A stretch of 64,000 nt of DNA from Rhodothermales bacterium (GTDB lineage: Bacteria > Bacteroidota > Rhodothermia > Rhodothermales > VXPQ01): assembly GCA_965223485.1 (NCBI GenBank), contig OZ244993.1:1207400-1271399 (forward strand), written 5' to 3'. The notes beneath the pieces were generated by a model that searched no databases, was not told where the DNA came from, and saw only the letters and a program-made list of their open reading frames with translations. The translations under genes and the position numbers were made by a program. Below are positions 37,976-47,797 of the stretch, piece by piece. Numbering within the stretch: position 1 is the stretch's first letter; the number at the start of each line of letters is the position of its first letter.

Positions 37976-38950
37976 ATGCAGCGTTTTATCGTGATTGCGT
38001 GCCTGATGGCTCTTGCGGCGGCGACGCCGGTTTTTGCCCAGGAGAATGCTAATGAGGCGGACGAGCCGATGTCGGACCCGGCGGTCTGCCTGATTGGAGA
38101 TCATGCGGATTTGCCGGAAGCCGATGCACACACCGCGGCTTTTCTGGTGTGTCGGCACCTGCGCAATCAGGGCGTACAGGTCGGCGAACCCGTGTACGAC
38201 GCCCCGGACTCAGCGACTGTGTATCGTGTTTCGTTGCACCTTTTGGGGCAATATGTTCTGGTTCACTTGAGTCAGGAAACCCCTGTCGGGACCGTCGTGA
38301 TCGAGCGGGAACTCCTGTTGGCGGGCATCGAGGAAATGGTCTCGGCCGCGCCGAGACTGGTCAATGCGCTGGTCAACCAGACATCGCTTGCTGCTACGGT
38401 TGACATGGAGAATCTCGTCGAAGAGGAAGCCCGGGAGCTCCGGAAGATACCCGGCGAGTTCATGTGGCGTCTTGGGATGATTGGAACTTCCGTGTCCAAC
38501 AACTCTGAATTCGGCGCCGAGTGGGGGTGGGCGTATGAGACGCCATCCTATGCTGTGGGAACCGAATTCCGGGGCGCCGGGGGCAGTAACGATAACGACG
38601 AGAGATTCACGTTCTTTGCCTGGTCGATCGGCGGGCAGTACTTTTTCAACAAGAAGAATATCTCGCCCTATGTGGGCGGCGGTATCGCCAGATCCTGGGG
38701 TAGCCGCGATGACTACGAGGAAGAATATTTCGTCGGGGATGAATATTTCGGCTACACCGAGACTGATAGTGAGAGCGGCATGGGGGTATATGTTGTTGGT
38801 GGGGTGGAAGCGCTTCGCCTCAGCAGAGCTCGTCTGAAACTCGAGTTGCGTATAGATCAACCATTTTACAAAGTAGGGAACCGAACCATGACTCCGGTAT
38901 CGGTGGGCGCCTCCATTTCTCTGCCGAGTTTTGTGGCGCGGATTTTTTAA
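37976..38950 (+). CDS. hypothetical secreted/outer-membrane protein
   Basis: Signal peptide MQRFIVIACLMALAAATPVFAQ. The Gly/aromatic-rich C-terminal half has an alternating pattern suggestive of a beta-barrel. Confidence 0.5.
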   Translation: MQRFIVIACLMALAAATPVFAQENANEADEPMSDPAVCLIGDHADLPEADAHTAAFLVCRHLRNQGVQVGEPVYDAPDSATVYRVSLHLLGQYVLVHLSQETPVGTVVIERELLLAGIEEMVSAAPRLVNALVNQTSLAATVDMENLVEEEARELRKIPGEFMWRLGMIGTSVSNNSEFGAEWGWAYETPSYAVGTEFRGAGGSNDNDERFTFFAWSIGGQYFFNKKNISPYVGGGIARSWGSRDDYEEEYFVGDEYFGYTETDSESGMGVYVVGGVEALRLSRARLKLELRIDQPFYKVGNRTMTPVSVGASISLPSFVARIF

Positions 38951-38953
38951 TTG

Positions 38954-40432
38954 ATGCCTGATCTTCCCGAATCTCCGCCCACAGGCGACCTGGAATCCGA
39001 AGAATTTCGTCGTGCGGGGCACGCCGTCATAGACTGGATTGCCGACTACCTTGCGCATCCGGAACGGCTGCGTGTACAGCCTGATGTCGAGCCCGGGGCG
39101 CTGCTCGACAAGTTACCGGTGGAAGCGCCTGCCCACCCGTCTTCACAGAGCGATATTCTCGCCGATTTCGAGCACACGATCATGCCCCACGTGATGCACT
39201 GGAATCATCCAGGCTTCATGGGATACTTCTCCGCCGGCGGGTCGTTTCCGGGGGTATTGGCGGAAACCCTGATCGCCGCGTTGAACAACATTGGCCTGTT
39301 GTGGAGTTCGTCGCCTGCTCTGACCGAACTCGAAGAAAGAACATTGCAGTGGCTGGGCCGGCTGCTGGGGTTGCCCGCGTCCTGGTTCGGGATGATCCAT
39401 GGAACGGCTTCCATGGCCAGTCTCCATGCGATGATCGCTGCGCGCGAACTTGCCGCCTCCACCGCCAGAAAAGCAGGGTCGGCGCTGGATCTGAACCGTC
39501 TTGTCATCTATACTTCGGAACACGCGCATTCATCCATCGAAAAAACAACGGCGGCACTCGGCCTCGGGCGCGAAGCATGCCGCAAGATCGCGGTGGACGA
39601 GCGGTACGCCATGAAACCCGACGCGCTACGCGAGGCGATTGCATCGGACCTGCGGAACGGCTTCATCCCCATCGCCGTCGTTGCGACGGTGGGCGCCACG
39701 GGGTGTACGGCGGTGGATCCGGTTCCCGCCATCGCAGATATCGCCGCCGAACATGCGCTCTGGCTGCACATTGACGCCGCCTATGCGGGCGCATCCGCGA
39801 TGCTGCCGGAGATGCGCCGCCATTTCGAAGGGTGCGAGCGCGCCGATTCGTTCGTCGTCAATCCCCACAAGTGGATGTTCGTCCCCATGGACCTGACGGC
39901 GTTCTATACGGCGCGTCCGGAATATCTGCGGGACGCCCTCTCGCTTGTGCCGGAGTATCTGCGGAGTCGCGAACACTCCCGCAGCGTCAATTATATGGAG
40001 TACGCCATCCCGCTGGGGCGCCGGTTTCGCGCCCTGAAACTGTGGTACGTACTGCGCTCGCTCGGCTCCGAACGCATTGCGGACACTTTGCGCGAGCACA
40101 TCCGCATCGCCAACTTGCTTGCCGGTTGGGTCGATGCTTCCCCTGACTTCGAGCGTATGGCCCCGACGGATTTTTCGCTCGTCTGCCTGCGTTTTCGTCC
40201 CGTGGGAGCCGGTGAAGAAGAGACCGATGCCGCCAACGAGCGCCTCTTGCAGGCAATCAACGGAACCGGCGAGTTTTTCCTTTCCCACACCAAATTACGG
40301 GGACGGTACACGATACGGGTCGCCATCGGGAATCTGCGTACGACGGAAGAGCATGTCCGTCGCCTTTGGGAACTCCTGCAGGAACTGGCGCACTCGGATA
40401 CGAGGCGTACGGACCACGGTCGACCGCTTTGA
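38954..40432 (+). CDS. pyridoxal-dependent aromatic-L-amino-acid (DOPA/tyrosine-type) decarboxylase
   Basis: WNHPGFMGYFSAGGSFPGVLAE, HIDAAYAG, and SFVVNPHKWMFVPMD (PLP lysine). Confidence 0.85.
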   Translation: MPDLPESPPTGDLESEEFRRAGHAVIDWIADYLAHPERLRVQPDVEPGALLDKLPVEAPAHPSSQSDILADFEHTIMPHVMHWNHPGFMGYFSAGGSFPGVLAETLIAALNNIGLLWSSSPALTELEERTLQWLGRLLGLPASWFGMIHGTASMASLHAMIAARELAASTARKAGSALDLNRLVIYTSEHAHSSIEKTTAALGLGREACRKIAVDERYAMKPDALREAIASDLRNGFIPIAVVATVGATGCTAVDPVPAIADIAAEHALWLHIDAAYAGASAMLPEMRRHFEGCERADSFVVNPHKWMFVPMDLTAFYTARPEYLRDALSLVPEYLRSREHSRSVNYMEYAIPLGRRFRALKLWYVLRSLGSERIADTLREHIRIANLLAGWVDASPDFERMAPTDFSLVCLRFRPVGAGEEETDAANERLLQAINGTGEFFLSHTKLRGRYTIRVAIGNLRTTEEHVRRLWELLQELAHSDTRRTDHGRPL

Positions 40433-40689
40433 CCACAATCTGAAATTCGACGCGCTGACGGAAACCGGCGGTCTGGTAGTGGGAAGCGACGTGGAAATCA
40501 TTCTGGAAATGGAGCTGAATGAGCGAACAGGATAATCCATCCCGGAAATGTGCAGCCCGTTCCGGATGGTAGACGCTCTTTCGGGGATATTATTTGCCGG
40601 GAAAAGGAGGGGAATCGCAATCGGGACTTGCTTTTGTAAGCGCTTTCACCTAATTAAAAGGGTGTTTCTTAACCAATCCCTTTGGAACG

Positions 40690-41106
40690 ATGTCGAGTTT
40701 CCTCAATTCGCCCACCGGTCGCTCCGTTCGGAGCATTACCCATGCGTTTGCACGCATTCTTGTCGGCCTTTTGTTCATGCAACACGGCGCCCAGAAGCTC
40801 TTTGGCTGGCTGGGCGGCATGGGCGAAGCCGGTGGTTCAGCGGAATTGTTTTCGCTCATGGGTCTTGCTGGCGTGCTTGAATTCTTCGGCGGCCTGCTCA
40901 TCGTCGTGGGACTTCTGACCACACCGGTTGCAGCCATCCTTGCACTTGAAATGCTCGTGGCCTATTTCATGGTCCACGCGCCACAAGGTGGCCTGCCGAT
41001 TCAGAACCATGGAGAACTTGCACTGCTGTATATGTCCGCGTTCGGTTTGCTCGCGGTGTACGGTCCCGGCCCGGTCAGCCTGGACGGGAAGTTGAAGAAG
41101 AAGTGA
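40690..41106 (+). CDS. DoxX family membrane protein
   Basis: 138 aa with ARILVGLLFMQHGAQKLFGWLGG and four hydrophobic segments. Confidence 0.8.
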   Translation: MSSFLNSPTGRSVRSITHAFARILVGLLFMQHGAQKLFGWLGGMGEAGGSAELFSLMGLAGVLEFFGGLLIVVGLLTTPVAAILALEMLVAYFMVHAPQGGLPIQNHGELALLYMSAFGLLAVYGPGPVSLDGKLKKK

Positions 41107-41213
41107 CGACGGTGTGGAGAATGCTCAGGGCATGACCACGCCTTTGCAGTCCACAGGATAAATCGATCGGTCTCAGGGCATAGCGCCAACTGTGCCCAAG
41201 GCTTTTTATGGCG

Positions 41214-41261
41214 CCTTGAATGTTGGACGACGAACTTCCAACGTTCAAGGTGTTTTTGTTT
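41214..41261 (+). terminator. rho-independent terminator-like hairpin
   Basis: Stem CCTTGAATGTTGGA / TCCAACGTTCAAGG (14 bp, one G-U pair), 9-nt loop, followed by TGTTTTTGTTT. Confidence 0.5.
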
Positions 41262-41280
41262 CACGAACCGGTACGGAATC

Positions 41281-41826
41281 ATGAAGCGCATGCTTCTTTA
41301 CTACGGCGGAATCGGCGCCGCCATTATGATTGGCGTCAACCTCCTCGTGCTGCTCATCACGGGCATCCCCGATGCGGAGGATTTCGCGGTGGGCGAGATC
41401 ATCGGGTACACGACGATCGTGGCTGCGCTCGCCATCCCCACGTATCTCGGCGTCAAGGAGTACCGGGACAAGATGTCCGCCGGCGGCATTTCCTTCGGGA
41501 AAGCCTGGTTGATCGGCATCGTCATCACCGAGCTTCCTGCACTTGCCTTCGCGGCCTACAATCTGCTCTATGTGAAAGTCATCGACCCCGATTTCACACA
41601 GAAGTACATGGATTACCAGACCGAATTGGCCCGTGGATCCATGACGGCGGAAGAGTTTCAGGTATTCGAAGGCACGATGGAGGCCCAAAGTGCTATGATG
41701 ACCAATATCGCTTTTCAAACGGTCGTGATGTATTTGACCGTGCTGCTGATCGGTATCGGGCTTTCTCTTCTCCTGGCGATCTTTCTGAAGCGCAAGGCGC
41801 AGGAGTCGGAAGATGTACTCACCTGA
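41281..41826 (+). CDS. DUF4199-like membrane protein
   Basis: 181 aa starting MKRMLLYYGGIGAAIMIGVNLL, with four TM-like segments, typical of Bacteroidota DUF4199. Confidence 0.6.
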   Translation: MKRMLLYYGGIGAAIMIGVNLLVLLITGIPDAEDFAVGEIIGYTTIVAALAIPTYLGVKEYRDKMSAGGISFGKAWLIGIVITELPALAFAAYNLLYVKVIDPDFTQKYMDYQTELARGSMTAEEFQVFEGTMEAQSAMMTNIAFQTVVMYLTVLLIGIGLSLLLAIFLKRKAQESEDVLT

Positions 41827-41932
41827 TCTCTCCTCTCGTTTTCTTTCGCTCCGGGATCTTTCTGAAATGCAGGGCGAAGGCGGCGATACAGCCGTAAGAA
41901 ATCTTTCGTAATCGCGCACAGGACAGTCCGTA

Positions 41933-42170
41933 CTACCTTGCCCGGCGCGCAGGGTCCGGCCAGCGGATTTCTACGCCCTGCCGTTTCAGGGATTGCCGGA
42001 AATCTTCCAGCAAATCCGGGTTGTCGCGTACTTGCCGGAGCGCATGCTTTCCGTGTATGCAGAATGCCGCCAGTTGGCCCGCGGCTTCCCCGATATTCCA
42101 CTCCACGGGATGCAAGCGATAGCACCCGTTCGTATCAAACAGGGACAAACCTCCTTGTGAAGATACCGCC
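41933..42170 (-). pseudogene. C-terminal fragment of an FAD-dependent oxidoreductase
   Basis: Only ~75 aa look homologous (RLHPVEWNIGEAAGQLAAFCI..). The 5' part is occupied by the next plus-strand gene. Confidence 0.35.
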
Positions 42171-42276
42171 GTCCATGATACGAACCACGCCGGTGCTTCG
42201 TTAATGTATCTTATCCTGCGGTTTACAACACCCGTACATTGGGTGTTCTGCTGTCCGGTTTTCAAGGTATCCGGTC

Positions 42277-44679
42277 TTGCGGGAAAGCCCTGCTGCCTCA
42301 TCAGATGTGATCCGATACATCCTCTATATCTTCTTGCTCTCGGTCGGCGCCGTCTGGACGGCTGCCGCGCAGGTACGCATCGGGGGGACGGTCGCGGACG
42401 AGCAAACCGAAATCCCGCTGTCCGGCGCGCATGTTTTCACGGAAGACATGGCGCACGGCGCCATTACGAATGCGGAGGGACGCTTTGTACTTGAACTGCC
42501 TGCGCTTCCTGATGTTATCGTCGTCCAGCACCTGGGGTATGCTCCTCGTGTATTCCCGGTACCCCCGGAGGAGTCGGAATCGCTTGTCATCCGGCTTGCC
42601 CCTATCGTTATCCCGCTCGAGGAGGTATTGGTGTCGGGCGAGGACTTCGCATCCAATCTGATGGAGCAGGTGATCCGCCGCAAGCAGCGCATGTTTGCGG
42701 AAATATCATCGCTTCGCATGGTGGGCCAGACCCGGCTTTTGCTCGAAGGCGACGACCGCATCGTCCATCTCGGCGATACCGCCTTCGATCTGCTATGGCT
42801 GTATGGCGACACCGACCAAACGGACCGCAATAACCATCCGTACCGCGCAGAGGTGAGCGCCGTAAGCCGAACCGGTGCGTGGGGCGAGGAACTCCCCTTG
42901 CCCGCTCCGCACGACGTGGCGAACCTGTACGACGATTTCGTGACGGTCCAGGAGCAACGGATGATCGGACCCACTCACCCCGACGCGCTGGAACATTATG
43001 TCTTCCGGGTGGCCGCGGAGCGCATGCTCGGCGACCGCACCATCTACGACCTGAACGTTTCCCCTATCGGCGAAGAGGAGGCTGCGTTTATAGGGCAGAT
43101 TTCCGTTATGGACGAGGAGTTCGTTCTGCTGGAAGCCCGGCTTTTTCCGGCGCGGCACGTTGTTTTTCCCGACCCGACGTCCGGTTGGAACGTCCGGTAC
43201 GTGCAGCACTTCCGGGAGGTGGCCGGTGGGTTCTGGGCACCCGTCAACCTCGATATGGAGGGCGCCCTCCGCGTCGCCGTCGATACGCAGCATCTGCGTA
43301 CCGTGGCGTTCAGCCGGCGCACGCTGCTGGCCGGGCACAGCGCCAACATCCCGGAAGAACAGATTGCGTCGGTAACCACGCCCTGGAGCGACCCGGCTTT
43401 TCGATACGGGCAGGTACTGATGCCGATGACGGTGCGCGAACTGGACGCTATCGCCGACCTTCGCGCCGCCAACCTGACGCTGAGCGAGGCGTTTCCTCCC
43501 GAACGGCGCGCGGGGCGTTTCGTCGGTTTTCTCGATCCGGAGAATCCTGACCAACTGCAATGGCCCGTGACCATGGGGTACCGGTTCCGATTCCGGTACA
43601 ACCGGGTGGATGGCCTGTATAGCAGCGTCGGGAACGAACTGGACCTGTTTTCCGGCATCCTCATGTCGTGGCGTGTCGGTCAGGCGACCGGACTCAAGCA
43701 GACCCGGTCATATGTTTCTCTGACGACCCCGCTTGGCGCAAATATTCTTCTTCGCATTTTGCACGACCGGGATATTGCATCTCAGGGCGCCTGGTCCGGA
43801 CACAGCGAGGCGCTCGCTTCGGTGCAAGCGACACTTGGCGGACAGGACTATTTCGATTATTTCCGGCGAACCCGGTACGGAGCCGGCATGGAAGCAACAT
43901 GGCGGGGACTGCATCTCGCTGCCGGCGTCGAGCAGGAAAAGGCGGAATCGATAGAGCGGCAGGTGACCCGTTCCTGGCCTTACGCACACACCTTCCGGGC
44001 CAATCCGCCTGTCCGGGAGGGCACGTTCCGGTCGGCGTATGCCTCTTTTGCGTTGCCTCGCCGCGCAACCCGAACCATCCGGTCCGCAGCGCTGCGTGTC
44101 GAGCACGGTTCGCCGCAGCGGCTTGCGAGCGATGCCGCATTTACCTCGCTGGGAGGCCATATCGACCTTGCGCAGCCCACCCTGCACAGGCATCGCCCAA
44201 CGCCCGCGGGCCTACATATCCGCTTGCAGGCCAGTACGTCTTTCGGCGATCTTCCGCCGCAGCGGGCAGCACTGCTCGATACCGGGCTCGAACTCTTCGC
44301 CGGCCTCCGGTTGAACCGGCGTCATGCCTTCCGCTCTCTGCACGGCCGGCCGTTGCAAGGGACGCGGCACGCCGCCGTTTTCTGGCGCCACGAATTCACG
44401 ACGCTCCCGTTCGAATGGATCCGGCTGTGGCCGCTTGTCCGTCTGCGCATGGGCGTCACGCTGTTCGGCGCACACGGGCGCGCATGGGGACAGCCTGCCG
44501 CGCCGGCGCATGATTGCATGCCACCGGCGTATTGCGGGGACAATCTTGTGCACGAGGTCGGTGTCTCCCTAACCCGGATCGGCGGCACGCCGCTCTGCAT
44601 GGACATCACCCGCCGCCTCGGGGATTCAGGAGATATTCCGGGGGGGCGTGTTGTGCTGGGGTTCGGGGTGGAGTTGTAG
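42277..44679 (+). CDS. CarboxypepD_reg-like + DUF5686-like outer-membrane protein
   Basis: Signal peptide (ILYIFLLSVGAVWTAAAQ) followed by IGGTVADEQTEIPLSGAHVF..NAEGRFVLELP..VVQHLGYAPRVF. The exact start is uncertain. Confidence 0.65.
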   Translation: MRESPAASSDVIRYILYIFLLSVGAVWTAAAQVRIGGTVADEQTEIPLSGAHVFTEDMAHGAITNAEGRFVLELPALPDVIVVQHLGYAPRVFPVPPEESESLVIRLAPIVIPLEEVLVSGEDFASNLMEQVIRRKQRMFAEISSLRMVGQTRLLLEGDDRIVHLGDTAFDLLWLYGDTDQTDRNNHPYRAEVSAVSRTGAWGEELPLPAPHDVANLYDDFVTVQEQRMIGPTHPDALEHYVFRVAAERMLGDRTIYDLNVSPIGEEEAAFIGQISVMDEEFVLLEARLFPARHVVFPDPTSGWNVRYVQHFREVAGGFWAPVNLDMEGALRVAVDTQHLRTVAFSRRTLLAGHSANIPEEQIASVTTPWSDPAFRYGQVLMPMTVRELDAIADLRAANLTLSEAFPPERRAGRFVGFLDPENPDQLQWPVTMGYRFRFRYNRVDGLYSSVGNELDLFSGILMSWRVGQATGLKQTRSYVSLTTPLGANILLRILHDRDIASQGAWSGHSEALASVQATLGGQDYFDYFRRTRYGAGMEATWRGLHLAAGVEQEKAESIERQVTRSWPYAHTFRANPPVREGTFRSAYASFALPRRATRTIRSAALRVEHGSPQRLASDAAFTSLGGHIDLAQPTLHRHRPTPAGLHIRLQASTSFGDLPPQRAALLDTGLELFAGLRLNRRHAFRSLHGRPLQGTRHAAVFWRHEFTTLPFEWIRLWPLVRLRMGVTLFGAHGRAWGQPAAPAHDCMPPAYCGDNLVHEVGVSLTRIGGTPLCMDITRRLGDSGDIPGGRVVLGFGVEL

Positions 44680-44716
44680 GCCGTGGCCGAATTCCTCACA
44701 CACCCACTGTTTCCCA

Positions 44717-46102
44717 TCACCGCCTCGCTTCCGCATCGAACGCCTCCATTGCAGCCTGCAAGCGGGCTACCAGGTCCGGATACGTGTCCGCCCGATCATG
44801 TTTCTCCTCAGGATCCTCGTCCAGATGATACAGGGCGGGTTCTCCTGTCGCCCCCTCGGGCAGCGCCGGAATCCGTAATTTCCAGGGACCCTCCCGCACG
44901 GCCTCGATCCGGTCTCCCCGGTAATAATAGAGGATCTCCCTTGGAGACGAGACGGCCCGCGTCGTCAGAAAGGGTAGCGCGCTGGTTCCGTCGAGACGGT
45001 CCGGCGGCGCAATGCCTGCCGCATCCAGCAGGGTCGGGAACACGTCGAGCGAGGCCAGCATGTCGGCGGAGACGCGCCCGGCGGGTATCCGCCCCGGCCA
45101 GCGGGCAATGAACGGCACCCGGAAGCCGCCCTCGAACGTGGTTCCCTTGTATCCGCGCAAAGGCCCCGCCGATCCGCTGTGCCACGGCTTGACGGGTTCG
45201 TGCAGCGGCATCGTATCGGTCTGGAACATGCGATCCGGCATCGCCTGCCATGGACCGTTGTCGCTGGTGAAGATCATTAGGGTACGCTCGTCCAGCCCTT
45301 GAGCCCTGAGCGTGGCCAGAATCTCCCCGACGCTCCAGTCGATGGTTTCGATCACATCCCCGTACCGCCCCTTTCGGGACCGCCCGTCCCGGTGCGGCGC
45401 AGGGTAGACGGGCACATGCGGCATCCCGTACGCCAGATACAGAAAGAAAGGCTCCGGTCCGGCCTCCTCGATGAAGCGGATGGCTTCCTTCGTGTACGTG
45501 ACGGTCAACGTGTCCTGATTCAACGGTTCGCGGACCGGCTCCAGATCCCTGAACAGGTACAGCGGTACGTCGGTCTGTACCCACGGACGAATCATGTCGT
45601 TGCTGTAGCGCAGGCCGTAATAACGGTCGAAGCCCCGCGAGACAGGCATGTAGGCGTCCTCTGCATGTCCGAGGTGCCATTTCCCGATCGTCATGGTCCG
45701 GTACCCGTGTTCCTGCAGCGGCTCTCCGATCAGCGTTTCCTCGAGCGGCAACCCGTTTTTCGAATCCGGTCCGAGATTATGCGGGAGATGGCGGATGGGG
45801 TAACGGCCCGTGAGCAAGCCGCCCCGCGACGGCGTGCAGACCGCCGCAGCCACATAGAAGGACGTCAGGCGGATCCCTTCGTCAGCCATGCGGTCGAGCT
45901 GCGGCGTGCGTATGGTCGGATTCCCGTAACTGCTCAGGTCTCCGTATCCCATGTCGTCCGCGAACAGCACGATAATGTTCGGGGGCGCATCCGCTGCTTG
46001 CCCGAGGGCGTCCGTATACGTAAAAAACGCCAGCAGGCACAGCATGGTCGGCAAGAGCGCCCGGCGCGACATAGGGTTCATGGTCTTCAGGGGTATGGTC
46101 AT
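44717..46102 (-). CDS. arylsulfatase-family sulfatase
   Basis: NIIVLFADDMGYGDLSSYGN and VCTPSRGGLLTGRYP. Confidence 0.85.
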   Translation of the reverse strand: MTIPLKTMNPMSRRALLPTMLCLLAFFTYTDALGQAADAPPNIIVLFADDMGYGDLSSYGNPTIRTPQLDRMADEGIRLTSFYVAAAVCTPSRGGLLTGRYPIRHLPHNLGPDSKNGLPLEETLIGEPLQEHGYRTMTIGKWHLGHAEDAYMPVSRGFDRYYGLRYSNDMIRPWVQTDVPLYLFRDLEPVREPLNQDTLTVTYTKEAIRFIEEAGPEPFFLYLAYGMPHVPVYPAPHRDGRSRKGRYGDVIETIDWSVGEILATLRAQGLDERTLMIFTSDNGPWQAMPDRMFQTDTMPLHEPVKPWHSGSAGPLRGYKGTTFEGGFRVPFIARWPGRIPAGRVSADMLASLDVFPTLLDAAGIAPPDRLDGTSALPFLTTRAVSSPREILYYYRGDRIEAVREGPWKLRIPALPEGATGEPALYHLDEDPEEKHDRADTYPDLVARLQAAMEAFDAEARR

Positions 46103-46114
46103 GTTTTGGACCGG

Positions 46115-47797
46115 TTAGTGCGTCACGCCCACTCGTTCCGCCCAGGCTTCCCACATCGCTGCGAGGGTTTCCACCCGTTCCGGATAGACCGCTGCCAGAT
46201 CGCGGGTTTCCGTGCGGTCCGCCTCCATATCGTACAATTCCCAGCGCGTACCGGCTCCCCGCGCATCGACGAGTTTCCACCGGCCGCGGCGTACGGCTTT
46301 TCCGCCATCCCATTCGAAGAACAGGGCGTCGTGCCCTTCCCGCACGCCCTGCTCGAAGACGGGCAGCAGGGACTTGCCTTCAAGAGGATGGATACGTTCG
46401 TTGCGGTAGATTTCGGGGTATTCGGCCCCGGCGGCGTCTGCGGCGGTCGCCATCACGTCGATAAGATGGGCAATTTCGCGGGTAATCCCGCCCGCTTCCA
46501 TGCGCCCGGGCCACCGGGCGATGAACGGCGTGGCGATGCCTCCCTCGTGGCTCCAGTTCTTGTAGTGCCGAAAGGGGGTGTTGCTCAGGAATGCCCACGG
46601 CGCATCCACGCTGTGCCAGGCGGCCATGGATCCCGGCGGATCGACCGGCGGGTGATCCCGATTCTGCTGATTGTGCACCATCTCCGCGGATCCGCCGTTG
46701 TCGGAAAGAAACATCACAAGCGTGTTTTCCTCTTCGCCCATCTCGCGGATTTGGTCCAGCAGGCGGCCCATTTGCCGGTCCACGCGGTCGACCATGGCGG
46801 CGTACACCGCCATTTTCAGCTCCCAGTCCGCTTTGCCCTCGACTTCTTCCCAGGGCAGAATGCGCGCGTCGTTGTCCCAGTAGCGACTGGTGAAGGTCGA
46901 GGTGCGCTGTGCTGCTTTGGGGACGGTTCCGTATTCCGGCAATGTCCATGTGGAATCGATAAGTCCCATTTCGACCTGCCGCTCGTGGCGCCGGCGCCGC
47001 AGGACATCCCATCCGTCCATGTATTTCCCCCTGTATTTTTCGATGTCCTCGGGGCGGGCTTGCAGGGGATCGTGCGGAGCCTGGTAGGCGATATAGAGAA
47101 AGAAAGGTTTGTCGGCGTGTTCGCTCCCGTGTTGATTCAGGTAATCGAGGGCTTTTTCCGTGTAGGCGTCCGTCGAGTAGAAATCCGGGTCGTCGGGGGT
47201 ATACGGTCGAAAGACTTGCCCGTCGATGGCCCAGGTGCGCACATGCCCCGGTGTTTTTCTTGCTGGCGGCGGTTCGCCGGGCCGCTGCTTCCCGGGATTG
47301 AAATGGTTGACGGCGCCGTCCACGAGCCCGTAATAGCGGTCGAACCCCCGGTCGAACGGGTTTTCCAGACCGTGCCATTTGCCGGTCATATAGGTGCGAT
47401 AGCCCGCTTCGCGCAGCACTTCCGCAATGGTTACCCCGTTCCGGAGCGTGTCGATCCGTTCGCCCATGCCGACCTGGTGGGCATACAGGCCGGTCATGAG
47501 GGAGGCCCTTGTGGGGAAGCATTTGCTCGTGTTATAGAACTGGGTGAATCGCATGCCCTCCGCCGCGAGGCGGTCGAGGTGCGGGGTGGCGATTTCCCCG
47601 CCGTACGATCCAAGGTCCGAGAAGCCCATGTCGTCCACCATGACGAGGACGATATTGGGCCGGTCGTCGTTGCCGGGATTTTTTGGAAGATGGGCATCCG
47701 GCGGCGCCCCCGCCGGCCGGATAGCGGCGCACAAAATTCCTGCCGTGAGAAATGCAGCTACGGTCAAGCCGGCTGCACGCAATGTTCCGTCTGTCAT
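46115..47797 (-). CDS. arylsulfatase-family sulfatase
   Basis: NIVLVMVDDMGFSDLGSYGG and KCFPTRASLMTGLY. Confidence 0.85.
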   Translation of the reverse strand: MTDGTLRAAGLTVAAFLTAGILCAAIRPAGAPPDAHLPKNPGNDDRPNIVLVMVDDMGFSDLGSYGGEIATPHLDRLAAEGMRFTQFYNTSKCFPTRASLMTGLYAHQVGMGERIDTLRNGVTIAEVLREAGYRTYMTGKWHGLENPFDRGFDRYYGLVDGAVNHFNPGKQRPGEPPPARKTPGHVRTWAIDGQVFRPYTPDDPDFYSTDAYTEKALDYLNQHGSEHADKPFFLYIAYQAPHDPLQARPEDIEKYRGKYMDGWDVLRRRRHERQVEMGLIDSTWTLPEYGTVPKAAQRTSTFTSRYWDNDARILPWEEVEGKADWELKMAVYAAMVDRVDRQMGRLLDQIREMGEEENTLVMFLSDNGGSAEMVHNQQNRDHPPVDPPGSMAAWHSVDAPWAFLSNTPFRHYKNWSHEGGIATPFIARWPGRMEAGGITREIAHLIDVMATAADAAGAEYPEIYRNERIHPLEGKSLLPVFEQGVREGHDALFFEWDGGKAVRRGRWKLVDARGAGTRWELYDMEADRTETRDLAAVYPERVETLAAMWEAWAERVGVTH

